The translations under genes were made by a program, and so were the position numbers. The notes under the pieces were generated by a model. That model was not told the DNA's origin. It did not search any database and saw nothing but the letters and a program-made list of their open reading frames with translations. This document shows positions 1 to 9,011 of a stretch of DNA of 64,000 nucleotides, in pieces; within the stretch, counting starts at the first letter, position 1; each line of letters begins with the position of its first letter. This DNA is from Candidatus Micrarchaeia archaeon. Its GTDB lineage: Archaea > Micrarchaeota > Micrarchaeia > Micrarchaeales > CABMGC01. The stretch is taken from assembly GCA_049976305.1 (NCBI GenBank), contig JBMFIM010000001.1:25712-89711 (forward strand). The letters are read 5' to 3'.

Positions 1-1035
1 GCCACCTGTACCTAATTTAAGAACAGGTATGGGCAAAGGAACAGGCATGCCTGCCTTTTTCAGCCTTTCCAAAGCGATATAGTCAAACGGCGCGTGGGCT
101 GGCACGCTCATCACTATCCCTGTGCCCAGATCAGGCTTCACGAAGAAGCCGTGGTACACTGGGACCTTTACTCCATTCACTGGGTTTATGCACTGCTTTT
201 CTATGAGCTCCTGCCCGCTAAGCTCTTTCAACACACTTATCTTTAGCTGGAAGCCCAAAATGTAGCTTGCCTCTTTGGAGATATAGAAGCTTCTTTCGTC
301 TTCGCCAATTTTGCAAAGCACGTACTGGCTATCTCTGTTGACAAAAATATTGGTTACACCGAATACCGTCTCAGGCCTGTAGGTAGCACAGAGCATATAT
401 GCATCTTCTCCATCAACCTTGAACGCTATCGCCACCTCTTCCTCGATCTCCGGCTCGACATCATGCAAGGTGTCGTGCATTCCAACAGGGTTATTTTCAT
501 TAGGGCACCAGCCGACTGCATGCTTTCCTTGGACAAGAAGATGCTTGTCGTTGAGTATTCCGAACTGCCACTCTACAAACTTGCTGAAGAAGGGTTCTGT
601 AGAAACAAACTTCCTCCTGAAGTCTATGCTTAGGCCAGACCTCACAAAGCTTGCCTCGCTGTTTTTGGTGAAGTATTCTGTTATGTAAACAGGGTCTGTC
701 ATCTTTGCAATGTCTTCATCAGGAATATGGAAAAGTTTGAGCTCTTTTATAATTTCCTGGTCGTTGTTTTTTATGCGCTTTGCAAATGCAAGCACAGGAG
801 TTCCGGTAGCGTGGAAGCCCATAGGGAAAAGAACGTTGTATCCTTGCATGCGCTTGTACCTTGCCAGTGCGTCAGTAATGCTGTATGTTCGCAAGTGGCC
901 GATGTGCAAAGGTGTGTTGACATAAGGAAATGCTGCAAAAACCATATAGGCTGGCTTGTCGTTCGGCTCTACCTCAAATATCTTTGCTTCTTGCCAATTC
1001 TTTTGCCATTTTTTCTCTATGCCTGCAAAGTCCGT
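1..1035 (-). CDS. leuS: Leucyl-tRNA synthetase, archaeal type, N-terminal ~345 codons (gene continues past left edge)
   Basis: The minus-strand frame is open from 1059 to the window edge and is absent from the ORF track because it is truncated. My translation gives ...DFAGIEKKWQKNWQEAKIFEV..AFPYVNTPLHIGHLRTYSITDALARYKRMQGYNVLFPMGFHATGTP..RPETVFGVTN..MSVPAHAPFDY, which shows the class I HIGH motif and archaeal LeuRS blocks. I set the start at ACG 1035..1033 (see finding). The first ATG is at 945..943. Confidence 0.9.
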
Positions 1036-1081
1036 AAAACCACTAGAAAGAAAATGCCGTTAAAGATTAATAAAGCAAACG

Positions 1082-1155
1082 TGGAGCCAGGAAGGGGAGT
1101 CGAACCCCTCTTTGCCGCTCTGCAGGCGGCCGCATAGCCGATCTGCCATCCTGGC
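1082..1155 (-). tRNA. tRNA-Cys (GCA), CCA encoded
   Basis: Minus strand folds as GCCAGGA-TG-GCA-GATCGGCTA-TGC-G-GCCGC-CTGCAGA-GCGGC-AAAG-AGGGG-TTCGACT-CCCCT-TCCTGGC-T-CCA. It has a 7-bp acceptor stem, anticodon GCA, U73 discriminator and a genomic CCA. Confidence 0.9.
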
Positions 1156-1210
1156 TCAATAATTCTATTTCTAATATGCTTAATAATATTTTATTGACCA
1201 ACAAGCAAAA

Positions 1211-1393
1211 TCAGACAATCAGCTGAAGGATCAGGGCTATAATAAACCCCATTACGCCAAGGATTACTATTCCAAGAAGCACGATTTTGAGCGTTCGCAT
1301 GAACTCGTCGTGCGTTGGCTTGTAGCTTACGCTCATTATGTGCTTTGACTCCTCGTAAAAGCGCTTTATGCCGGTGATCGGGTTAAGATTCAT
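1211..1393 (-). CDS. secE: Protein translocase subunit SecE / Sec61 gamma
   Basis: This 60-aa protein has the motif KPTHDEFMRTLKIVLLGIVILGVMGFIIALI, an amphipathic segment followed by a single C-terminal TM helix. That is the typical archaeal SecE layout. Confidence 0.75.
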   Translation of the reverse strand: MNLNPITGIKRFYEESKHIMSVSYKPTHDEFMRTLKIVLLGIVILGVMGFIIALILQLIV

Positions 1394-1464
1394 GCTTCTA
1401 TTTTCCTGTTTTCTTTAATAAACTTTTTGATTCAAATGCTAATGCCAATGCTAAGGCGCGTTTT

Positions 1465-1938
1465 ATGGAAAACATAAAAAGGTGCATAACTGCTAGCTGC
1501 ATAATCTGCAAGGAGGGCAAGGTGGTGCTTGTGCATCACAAAAAGCTTGGCATTTGGATCTATCCTGGCGGGCATGTTGATCCAGGCGAACATCCGCACG
1601 ATGCTGCACAGAGAGAGGCGCTTGAAGAAACAGGCCTGAAGGTGGAGCTTGTTTCTTGTGGCGGCATAACTGTAAGAACCAATGATGCAACCTCTCTTCC
1701 TATGCCTTTCACGATTTTGCAGGAATACGTACCTTATCAAACCGGTGCCCACCTGCATTTTGACCTGATCTACGCAGCAAAGCCAGTATCGGGAGAGCTT
1801 AGGCTGGCAAAAGAGGAATCAACAGACATAAGGTGGTTTTCAAAAGAGGAGATAGAAAGGCTCGATACCTTGGACAACATAAAACAAGTCCTGTTGGCAT
1901 TCTTTGCAAAATGCAAGTTAGCCGAAAATGTCGTCTAA
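1465..1938 (+). CDS. NUDIX hydrolase
   Basis: The Nudix box GGHVDPGEHPHDAAQREALEETGLKV matches GX5EX7REUXEEXGU. Confidence 0.85.
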   Translation: MENIKRCITASCIICKEGKVVLVHHKKLGIWIYPGGHVDPGEHPHDAAQREALEETGLKVELVSCGGITVRTNDATSLPMPFTILQEYVPYQTGAHLHFDLIYAAKPVSGELRLAKEESTDIRWFSKEEIERLDTLDNIKQVLLAFFAKCKLAENVV

Positions 1939-2991
1939 GTCTGTGCTTCCGTGCAGCATTTCATCTGCTTTTTTCTTTATTCCTTCTTCAGTGTACTCAG
2001 CATACTGCACGCCGCCCATGACTACCATTACCTTGACTGTATTCTTCTGCAGCTGAGGTTCTATCTTGGCGCCCCATTTTAGCAATGCGTCCTTGCTTAT
2101 CCTGCTTGCTACTTCTTGGAATATGCTTTCGGCCTCTCTCAAGGTAAGGTCCGGCCCTCCTATTATGTTTACCAACGCCCTCTGAGCAGTGCTTAGGTCA
2201 ACATCAAGCAACGGGCTCTTCAGCGTGTTTTCTACCGCTATTAATGCCCTGTCTTTTGTCTCCACGCCGTTGCTCTCTCCCAAGCCTATTACTGCATAGC
2301 CTGAATCCTTAAGCACGCTTCTCAAATCCGCGAAATCCAAATTAACCATTCCTGGCTTTGTAACCATCTCCACTATGCCCTTCGTTGCATTCGCAAGCAC
2401 TTCATCGCTTACCTTGAAAGCCATGTTAAGCGGAAGGTCTGGCGCAACGCCAAGAAGCTTGTCGTTAGGTATTATTATCGTGGTATCGGTCATGCGCTTT
2501 AGCTTTGCCAAGCCCTCCAGGGCGTTGTGCATCCTTAGCCTTCCCTCGCTAGAGAAAGGCAGAGTGACTATGCCGACTGTTAGCGCACCGTTTTCCTTTG
2601 CTTCGTGCGCTATCACGGGAGCCGAGCCTGTGCCTGTGCCGCCGCCAAGCCCACAGGTGACAAAAACAAGCTGGGCGTCGCTAAGCATGTGCCTTATTTC
2701 TTCCTTGCTTTCCAATGCAGCTTCTTCTCCGAGCTTTGGATCGCTACCTGCTCCCAAGCCCCTAGTTGTCTTTTTGCCAAGCAATAGCTTCCGGTGCGCT
2801 TTGGTTATAGCAAGATGGTGGGCGTCGGTGTTTGCAGCTATGAGCGTTGCGCCTTCTATATTCATTTCGAACATTCGCGAGATTGTATTGGAGCCGCTGC
2901 CGCCTGCACCTACAATGTATATCTTTGGCTTTGCAGCCTCTATGAATTTAAGCAATTCTTCGTCATCGGGAGAGGTAAAACCTTCAGCCAT
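1918..2991 (-). CDS. ftsZ: Cell division GTPase FtsZ
   Basis: It carries IYIVGAGGSGSNTISRM and the tubulin signature GLGGGTGTGSAPVIA. The ORF runs to 3000, but GTGGA + 4 nt precedes the ATG at 2991 (MAEGF...), so I use 2991. The 3' end overlaps the convergent NUDIX gene by 21 nt. Confidence 0.95.
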   Translation of the reverse strand: MAEGFTSPDDEELLKFIEAAKPKIYIVGAGGSGSNTISRMFEMNIEGATLIAANTDAHHLAITKAHRKLLLGKKTTRGLGAGSDPKLGEEAALESKEEIRHMLSDAQLVFVTCGLGGGTGTGSAPVIAHEAKENGALTVGIVTLPFSSEGRLRMHNALEGLAKLKRMTDTTIIIPNDKLLGVAPDLPLNMAFKVSDEVLANATKGIVEMVTKPGMVNLDFADLRSVLKDSGYAVIGLGESNGVETKDRALIAVENTLKSPLLDVDLSTAQRALVNIIGGPDLTLREAESIFQEVASRISKDALLKWGAKIEPQLQKNTVKVMVVMGGVQYAEYTEEGIKKKADEMLHGSTDLDDIFG

Positions 2992-3120
2992 AACATCCAC
3001 TTATCTAGTCGCCTGATATAAAGACGCTGCTAAGAAATAAATACTTTTTGAGAGGCTAGCAAAGCAGGCAGGCTAGAAGCAAATCGAAAGATTGATATTG
3101 CTAAAGCGAGGAATTGCTTC

Positions 3121-3702
3121 ATGGCGAACGTTGTTTTTGTTTTTGGCACACCCGGAGCAGGGAAATCGAGCACACTCAGCGAGCTTGAAAACTTTGCAAA
3201 TGGCAAGGCGACAAAGGTGAACATCGGAGACGAGATGCTAAAGCTTGCACAAAAGGAGTTTGGCATTACCGACAGGGATGCAATGAGAAAGATCAGCAAC
3301 TATGCAGAAATATCGGAGCGATGGAGGCATGAAATACTTGAAAGCATAGCCAGGCAAGAAGGCCTTGTGCTAGTTGATACCCACGCAAGCATAAAATCTG
3401 AAAGCAGGCTTAGCCCTGGATTAAGCTTTAGCGACCTAGAGCTGCTAAAAGGCAGTGCAAAGGCTATTGTATACATAGACGCCTCAACAGAGGAAATAAT
3501 TGCTAGGAGGCAGCGAGACACTACAAGGAAAAGGGAGCAAGAAACACCTGAAGAGATAGACCTTCAAAGGTCTATCAATCTAGCAATGTGCTCGCTGTTT
3601 TCAGCATACCTTAATATACCCCTTTATGTAATACATAACAGGGAAGGCAAGCTGGAAGAGACTAGGAAGCAGCTTGCTAAAGTGCTAGAAGGATTGGTAT
3701 GA
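3121..3702 (+). CDS. adkA: Adenylate kinase, archaeal type
   Basis: It has the P-loop FGTPGAGKSS, the motifs DRDAMRK and VDTHASIKS..LSPGL, and a length of about 190 aa, as in archaeal AdkA. Confidence 0.8.
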   Translation: MANVVFVFGTPGAGKSSTLSELENFANGKATKVNIGDEMLKLAQKEFGITDRDAMRKISNYAEISERWRHEILESIARQEGLVLVDTHASIKSESRLSPGLSFSDLELLKGSAKAIVYIDASTEEIIARRQRDTTRKREQETPEEIDLQRSINLAMCSLFSAYLNIPLYVIHNREGKLEETRKQLAKVLEGLV

Positions 3703-4154
3703 TGCTTGTTGCCATTGCTTTGATTGCTATTGCTGCACTCTACGTTGTGTTCTCGGTATATTTGCAAAGAAAGCTGGTAAACCCGGCTAGGCTTCGCGAA
3801 GTCCAAGAAACCATAAAGACCAAGACAAAGGAGCTTAATGAGCTTAGCAAAAGCAATGCCGGCGCAGAGGTGCTTGCGCAAAAGCAGAAAGAGCTTATGC
3901 CGCTCCTAAACGAAACAATGAAGATGCAGTTCAAGCCTATGCTGGTAATCTTGCCCATTTTCATAATTTTGTATTACCTGCTCCTCCCGCTAGCTTTCCA
4001 TGGCACTGTCAGCTTCTTCTCGATAAAGATGAGTTACCAGCTTTTCTTCATACTTTTCAGCTTCGCGTTCGGCATTATTGCCTCTATAGCGGTATCGCTC
4101 CATGACAGAAAAATGGCAAAGGCGCAAGCAGCGCTCAGAATGTCTCAATCCTAG
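3699..4154 (+). CDS. DUF106 / EMC3-Oxa1-like membrane insertase homologue
   Basis: The layout is an N-terminal TM helix, a charged coiled segment (KELNELSK..QKELMPLLNETMKMQFKPML), then 2 TM helices. It lies immediately after adk, matching the conserved archaeal adk-DUF106 synteny. Confidence 0.55.
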   Translation: MMLVAIALIAIAALYVVFSVYLQRKLVNPARLREVQETIKTKTKELNELSKSNAGAEVLAQKQKELMPLLNETMKMQFKPMLVILPIFIILYYLLLPLAFHGTVSFFSIKMSYQLFFILFSFAFGIIASIAVSLHDRKMAKAQAALRMSQS

Positions 4155-4887
4155 GCCACACAATCTCTTCTTGTTCGCTGCTCATTTCTTCAGCAATCTC
4201 CACTGCGCTTATCCTGCTATAAACAACGGCAAGAATAGAAAAGAGGGTTATTACTGCTATTACCACAAAATACGTCGCGTTTGTATTCAGATATTCGAAG
4301 CTAGAGACAATAAGCATCGCAATGGCCACAGAGCCGGATGCAACATACACCCTGCCAAGCCTAAGGAGCATCAGCACGCCAGAAACGGCAAGGGCCAGAA
4401 GCATTATGAAATTTAGGAAGCTCATGCCATAGGCATAGTTGGCACTGTTTAGAAATCCAAAGAAGCCAACTTTTTGCATGTAGCTGAAAAGCAGGCCATA
4501 CTGAGAGAAGGTAAAGAATCCAAAAGCGGCAGCGTCAAAAAGAATAATAAGGCCTGCAACAAGGCTTATTGTGGTTAATGCAACTTTGCTGGGCTTTTGA
4601 GCTGTAGGCGGCTGAGGCGCGGCAAACTCTATGCCCGCCTCTTCAGCCTTCTGCCTCTCTATCTGCTCCCTGACTTCCTCCTCTATTTCCCTCGCAATTT
4701 CAAGCTCCTTTTCTTCTGGCGTCTCTTCTTTTTCTTGAGGGTTTTGCGTAGCGGGCTTGGCTTGAGGTCGGGTACTAAGCTGCGGTTGAGGCTGGGGTTT
4801 TGGCTTCTCAGCCTGCGGGGCCTGCTTCTGAGTTGTCATGCCCCTTGCCCTGAATATCATTATATCGTTTACATCTACAGGCATCAA
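4135..4887 (-). CDS. Hypothetical membrane protein (P/Q/E-rich N-terminal region, ~4 C-terminal TM helices)
   Basis: This 250-aa ORF has its start ATG overlapping the stop of the upstream eS26 gene (ATGA). I recognise no family motif. Confidence 0.5.
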   Translation of the reverse strand: MMPVDVNDIMIFRARGMTTQKQAPQAEKPKPQPQPQLSTRPQAKPATQNPQEKEETPEEKELEIAREIEEEVREQIERQKAEEAGIEFAAPQPPTAQKPSKVALTTISLVAGLIILFDAAAFGFFTFSQYGLLFSYMQKVGFFGFLNSANYAYGMSFLNFIMLLALAVSGVLMLLRLGRVYVASGSVAIAMLIVSSFEYLNTNATYFVVIAVITLFSILAVVYSRISAVEIAEEMSSEQEEIVWPRIETF

Positions 4888-5114
4888 ACGCCGAGCCTCT
4901 TCCTATTGGCCAAGGCTTTCTTCTTTTCGAATATGCCAAGGTGCTTTGCGCAGCTTATGCAATAATAGACCTTCTTTCTCTCAAAGAACCGCACATCGTT
5001 GGATGTGTGCAAGTCTGTAGAGAAAGAAACTACCTTCTCATAAGCCACTGCTTTGCTTCTTGGCACTTTCCTTCCGCAGTTGTCGCATGTCACGAGTTCT
5101 TCTCTTCCTCTCAT
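4884..5114 (-). CDS. rps26e: Ribosomal protein eS26
   Basis: CDNCGRKVPRSKAV...KVYYCISCAKHLGI matches the eS26 zinc-ribbon pattern C.xCGrxVPxdKA...YCvSCAiH. A TATA-like element lies about 27 nt upstream, which suggests a leaderless transcript. Confidence 0.75.
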   Translation of the reverse strand: MRGREELVTCDNCGRKVPRSKAVAYEKVVSFSTDLHTSNDVRFFERKKVYYCISCAKHLGIFEKKKALANRKRLGV

Positions 5115-5137
5115 ACTATTGCCTTTTTGAAACTACC

Positions 5138-5145
5138 TTTATATT
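5138..5145. promoter_or_regulatory. TATA-box-like element between divergent eS26 and RpiB-like genes
   Basis: TTTATATT / AATATAAA is centred about 27 nt from the eS26 ATG (5114) and about 36 nt from the ATG at 5178. Confidence 0.3.
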
Positions 5146-5177
5146 ATTTTGTCTATTAAGTTTAATAAAGTGCTTGC

Positions 5178-5726
5178 ATGAGAATCCTTGTAATCAGCAA
5201 TGTGCCAAAGGCGTTGGATCAGGTTGTAGATTCGCTTAAAGGCCACAACATAGTGGCAAAGGAAATGCCTATGCAAACACAGGAGCTTGTAGATGCAGTT
5301 GCAAGTGAGCTTGGAAAAGGCTATGATGTATGCGTGGTTGTGGCAAAAGATCCCGTTGGTACAGGCATTGCGTTGAACAAGCTTTCCGGCGTTTTTGCTG
5401 CAGTTTGCAACAATCCCGAGGATGTAGGCTTGGGCAAGGCAAACAATGCCAATGTCTTCATACTTAAAAGCAAAAACGAGCAGAATCCTGAAATCATAAA
5501 TGCGATATCAGGCTTGGGCTACTCAAAGAGGTTCTTTTCCCTGCAGTTCCCAAAGTTTCAGCTTAGCCTAGGCAAGCAGCAAAGGCAGCAACAGACACAG
5601 CAGCCTCAGCAGACCAAAGCCAAACAGCAACAGGCACAGCAGGCAAGCAAAGATGAGGCAGAAGAGCAGAAAGGAGATGGGAAAGGAATACTTGGAAAGA
5701 TTAAAAACGCGCTAGGAATCGTTTGA
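5178..5726 (+). CDS. RpiB/LacA/LacB-fold protein, probably non-catalytic, with Q-rich tail
   Basis: VGTGIALNKLSGVFAAVCNNPEDVGLGKANNANVFIL aligns with the RpiB block iCGTGiGmsIaANK..r.HNdaNvL. The catalytic Cys (here V) and His (here N) are both replaced. The C-terminal ~50 aa are Q/K/E low complexity. Confidence 0.5.
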   Translation: MRILVISNVPKALDQVVDSLKGHNIVAKEMPMQTQELVDAVASELGKGYDVCVVVAKDPVGTGIALNKLSGVFAAVCNNPEDVGLGKANNANVFILKSKNEQNPEIINAISGLGYSKRFFSLQFPKFQLSLGKQQRQQQTQQPQQTKAKQQQAQQASKDEAEEQKGDGKGILGKIKNALGIV

Positions 5727-6031
5727 TGGAAAATTGCAAAAAGATTGTCAAGCTAATCCTGCCTGCGGTAAGGCTTGCGGTTACTAGAAAGGCCGCTGCA
5801 AAGGGGATTTCACAGGTAAAAATTGCTAAATATCTTGGAATTGCTCAGGCTGAGGTTAGCAAGTACCTAAGCGGCAATGTGTCAAATCATATAAAGGAGT
5901 TGGCAAACAAAGTAGCAAGCAGCGAAAAGCAAATCGACGAAATAGTAGACACTATAGAGAATACTGGAGATGAAGAAGCTGTTTCAAAAAAGATCGACGC
6001 TTTGTGCGCAGAACTAGGCAACAGTCTATAA
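5723..6031 (+). CDS. HTH transcriptional regulator (COG2522-like)
   Basis: GISQVKIAKYLGIAQAEVSKYLSG is a helix-turn-helix. The start overlaps the upstream stop (ATGA). Confidence 0.5.
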   Translation: MMENCKKIVKLILPAVRLAVTRKAAAKGISQVKIAKYLGIAQAEVSKYLSGNVSNHIKELANKVASSEKQIDEIVDTIENTGDEEAVSKKIDALCAELGNSL

Positions 6032-6072
6032 CAGGCTTATAAATTTTTATGCTGAAAATAGAAGGTGGGAAG

Positions 6073-7347
6073 ATGGCAGAGGAGTTGAATCCATTCAAAA
6101 TAGCACAAAAGCAGCTTGAAGATGCTGCGGAAATAATGCAACTTGACAGGCAGGTGCTTGAGCTTCTAAAGGAGCCGCAGCAAACAGTGATTGTGAATTT
6201 TCCTGTAGAAATGAGAGACGGCACGGTAAAGACTTTCACTGGATTTAGAGTCCTTTATAACAATGCAAGAGGTCCGGGCAAAGGAGGTATAAGATACCAC
6301 CCGCAGGAAAGCTTGGATACGGTAAAGGCACTTGCTGCATGGATGACTTGGAAAACTGCGCTTGCTAACTTGCCATATGGCGGCGCCAAGGGCGGAGTAA
6401 TATGCGATCCGAAGCAGCTAAGCGATAAGGAGCTTGAAAACTTGTCAAGAGGGTATATACGCGCAATAGCAAACTTCATAGGGCCGAATGTAGATGTGCC
6501 GGCGCCTGATGTCTATACCACTCCCCAGATAATGGCTTGGATGATGGATGAATATAGCAAGCTAAAGGGCGCCAACGAATTTGCTGTTATAACAGGCAAG
6601 CCTCTAGAGGTCTGGGGCTCGGAAGGCAGGTTTGACTCCACAGCCATGGGAGGCATGTATGTGCTCAGGGAGGCAGCAAAGCTAAAGGGCATAGACCTTA
6701 AGAAGGCGAAGATAGCAATCCAGGGCTTTGGCAACGCAGGCATGTTCGCAATGGACCTTGTTACAAAACTGTTTGGCTCAAAGGTAGTGGCAATAAGCGA
6801 TTCAAAAGGCGGGGTTTACTGCGAAGATGGGCTTGATTTTGAAAAGTTGAAAGAGGCCAAGGCAAAAACCGGCAGCGTACAGAACTATGAAGGCAATAAC
6901 GTAAGGAAGATAAGCAACGAAGAACTGCTTGAGTCTGATGTTGACGTGCTCATACCCGCAGCAATAGAAAACCAGATAACAGGCGACAATGCAGACAAGA
7001 TAAATGCGAAGATTGTGCTAGAGCTAGCAAACGGGCCGGTTACACCTGCAGCCGATGCAATATTATGGGATAAGGGAGTGCTTGATCTTCCTGACTTTCT
7101 AGTCAATTCAGGAGGAGTAATTGTTTCCTACTTTGAATGGGTACAGAACTTGCAGGCATACTACTGGACAGCAGACGAGGTTTACAAGAAGCTAGATACC
7201 ATAATCACTCGGTCATTCAACGATGTAATAAGCATGCAGAAGCAGTATGCTGACAAAGGAAAGAAAATAAGCCCAAGAACTGCTGCATACATAGTGGCTG
7301 TGAGCAGAGTAGTGGCTGCCATGAAAGTAAGGGGCTGGATCCACTGA
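6073..7347 (+). CDS. gdhA: Glutamate dehydrogenase
   Basis: It carries [29 protein letters not shown] and the Rossmann motif IQGFGNAG. The ORF opens at 6049, but GGTGGG + 3 nt precedes the ATG at 6073. Confidence 0.95.
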   Translation: MAEELNPFKIAQKQLEDAAEIMQLDRQVLELLKEPQQTVIVNFPVEMRDGTVKTFTGFRVLYNNARGPGKGGIRYHPQESLDTVKALAAWMTWKTALANLPYGGAKGGVICDPKQLSDKELENLSRGYIRAIANFIGPNVDVPAPDVYTTPQIMAWMMDEYSKLKGANEFAVITGKPLEVWGSEGRFDSTAMGGMYVLREAAKLKGIDLKKAKIAIQGFGNAGMFAMDLVTKLFGSKVVAISDSKGGVYCEDGLDFEKLKEAKAKTGSVQNYEGNNVRKISNEELLESDVDVLIPAAIENQITGDNADKINAKIVLELANGPVTPAADAILWDKGVLDLPDFLVNSGGVIVSYFEWVQNLQAYYWTADEVYKKLDTIITRSFNDVISMQKQYADKGKKISPRTAAYIVAVSRVVAAMKVRGWIH

Positions 7348-7350
7348 ACA

Positions 7351-8028
7351 CTAAACCTTCTTCAAAGTCACAGGAAGCTTATCGCTCAGCCTGACAAGCT
7401 TTACATAGAAGAATGCATGTGACTCTACATCGTTTGTCAGGCTTACTGCGTCTTCCTTGTAATCATACCTAATAAAAGCACTCTTGCCATCATCATCGGC
7501 AAAGGTATAGTAGAAGGTTGGCACATCGTTTTCAAGCTCGCCGAGAAGATCGAATGCGCCAAACACGCTCTTTCCTCCTTCATTAGCGACATATGCAATT
7601 GGCAGGACTTCTTCTTGCACCGCTTTTTTGACAAAAAGCTTTGCCATATCCAGCAAGCTCTCTAGGCCAACGGTAGGAATGCTTATGGTTCGTGCTTTTG
7701 CCTCAAGCTTGCTAAAATCCGCACTAACCACTGCAAGCGAGCAACGGGTATCTGATGCAATAGCTGTAACGTCCTCAATCTTATCAACCATCTCTACTGC
7801 TTCTCCACTTTTGTCTAAAGAATAAACAAGATATCTCTTTGCCTGTTCAACAGGAAAGTAGTAAGCTAGGACTGTGCTATCGAGCTTCTCACCCAAGGCC
7901 ACCAGCAAATTGGTGCCGTTCTTCTTGTATAGAAAAAGGAGGTTGCTCTTGTCTACACTGCACGCCCGCCTACATATGTCGCTGATGCCTTTAGCCTTTA
8001 GCAGCAAAAGCCTGTTTGCCTGGCCCAT
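7351..8028 (-). CDS. Hypothetical cytoplasmic protein
   Basis: This 225-aa ORF has AGGTGA + 4 nt before its ATG, placed directly after the stop of the upstream secreted-protein gene. I recognise no motif. Confidence 0.5.
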   Translation of the reverse strand: MGQANRLLLLKAKGISDICRRACSVDKSNLLFLYKKNGTNLLVALGEKLDSTVLAYYFPVEQAKRYLVYSLDKSGEAVEMVDKIEDVTAIASDTRCSLAVVSADFSKLEAKARTISIPTVGLESLLDMAKLFVKKAVQEEVLPIAYVANEGGKSVFGAFDLLGELENDVPTFYYTFADDDGKSAFIRYDYKEDAVSLTNDVESHAFFYVKLVRLSDKLPVTLKKV

Positions 8029-8032
8029 ATGT

Positions 8033-8845
8033 TCACCTGCTTATCAGCCTTAGCAATTGCATAATGACATAGGCAGGTTCGTAGGTGATTGGAGATATCA
8101 AAATCCCCTGGCTCAAGGCAGCATAGTCATTTCCTACACTTACGTTGACTATAAGCGTTTCGGGAAAAACCTTTTTGACAAGCGAGCTCGTAGCTGACGC
8201 TACAAAAAGTTTGAAATGGTAAACGCCAGGCTCGTTCTCGTACACGGGCAAATAGAAGGTTGTGGGAGTATCTTTCTTTGCTATTACCTCATAGCTCTCG
8301 GCAAAGGCGGGAAGGCCCTGGGTATATAGCAAGAAAGGATCGTCTGAAGCTCCTGTGTTGTTTATGAAAATGTGGAGGTTTACTGGCTGGCCTACTCCGC
8401 TGTGCAAAACCAACGGCGAGACATTGGCTATTAGCACATCTGGCGTGACATTGATAAAGGCAGTAAAAGTAAGATTGCCAAGGCCTGAATAATTTCCTAT
8501 GTTGACAGCCCTTGCCACTATGGCATATGTGCCGTTTGGCGCATTCTGAGCGACTGTTATTTTAAGCTTCATTGGATTAGCGTAAAGCGGCGAAGGCTGA
8601 GACGTCCATCCAGAAGGCAGGCTTATTGTTTGCAAAGTGTCCCAACCTATGTTTATCATCATGCCGTTTGCATTGGTAGTATCTGCATCTGCATCTATAT
8701 AGAAGCTTTCGCCAGGCCCCACCTTTCCTAAATAAAGGCTACTGCCATTGTGGAGTGTGGCCTGTACAGGATAAGTCAAGCTAAGGTATGCTGCATTAGC
8801 AAGCACCATAGAAGCAAAGGCAAACAACAAAGGCAAAAGCTTCAT
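8033..8845 (-). CDS. Secreted protein with signal peptide and many N-glycosylation sequons
   Basis: The signal peptide is MKLLPLLFAFASMVLANA. At least 8 N-x-S/T sequons are present (NGS, NGT, NYS, NLT, NVT, NVS, NNT). The composition is beta-rich. Confidence 0.55.
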   Translation of the reverse strand: MKLLPLLFAFASMVLANAAYLSLTYPVQATLHNGSSLYLGKVGPGESFYIDADADTTNANGMMINIGWDTLQTISLPSGWTSQPSPLYANPMKLKITVAQNAPNGTYAIVARAVNIGNYSGLGNLTFTAFINVTPDVLIANVSPLVLHSGVGQPVNLHIFINNTGASDDPFLLYTQGLPAFAESYEVIAKKDTPTTFYLPVYENEPGVYHFKLFVASATSSLVKKVFPETLIVNVSVGNDYAALSQGILISPITYEPAYVIMQLLRLISR

Positions 8846-9011
8846 AATTTAGACTGCTAATGCAAAAAATATAAATGAGTAACCACTTTTGTTCTTGCTC
8901 CGGTGAAAGCCACTTTAGTTTTGAAGTTTTTTAACAAATTTTTATGTTATTTTCCAAAAAATCTTAGAAAAAAGCAAAAATTTATATATCTGAATTACAC
9001 CAAATAAAAAC

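Noticed and set aside
727-1137. 136-aa plus-strand ORF at the left end
   Set aside because: It runs antisense through leuS and straight across the tRNA-Cys gene.
2375-3016. 213-aa plus-strand ORF overlapping ftsZ
   Set aside because: It is antisense to FtsZ, whose tubulin signature is intact. It is S/A/P-rich shadow sequence.
5178-5726. Annotating the gene as ribose-5-phosphate isomerase B
   Set aside because: The catalytic Cys and His positions are substituted, so only the fold assignment is retained.
6049-6072. Upstream ATG 6049 as gdhA start
   Set aside because: GGTGGG sits immediately before ATG 6073, and MAEELNPF is a typical GDH N-terminus. The 8-codon extension lacks an SD.
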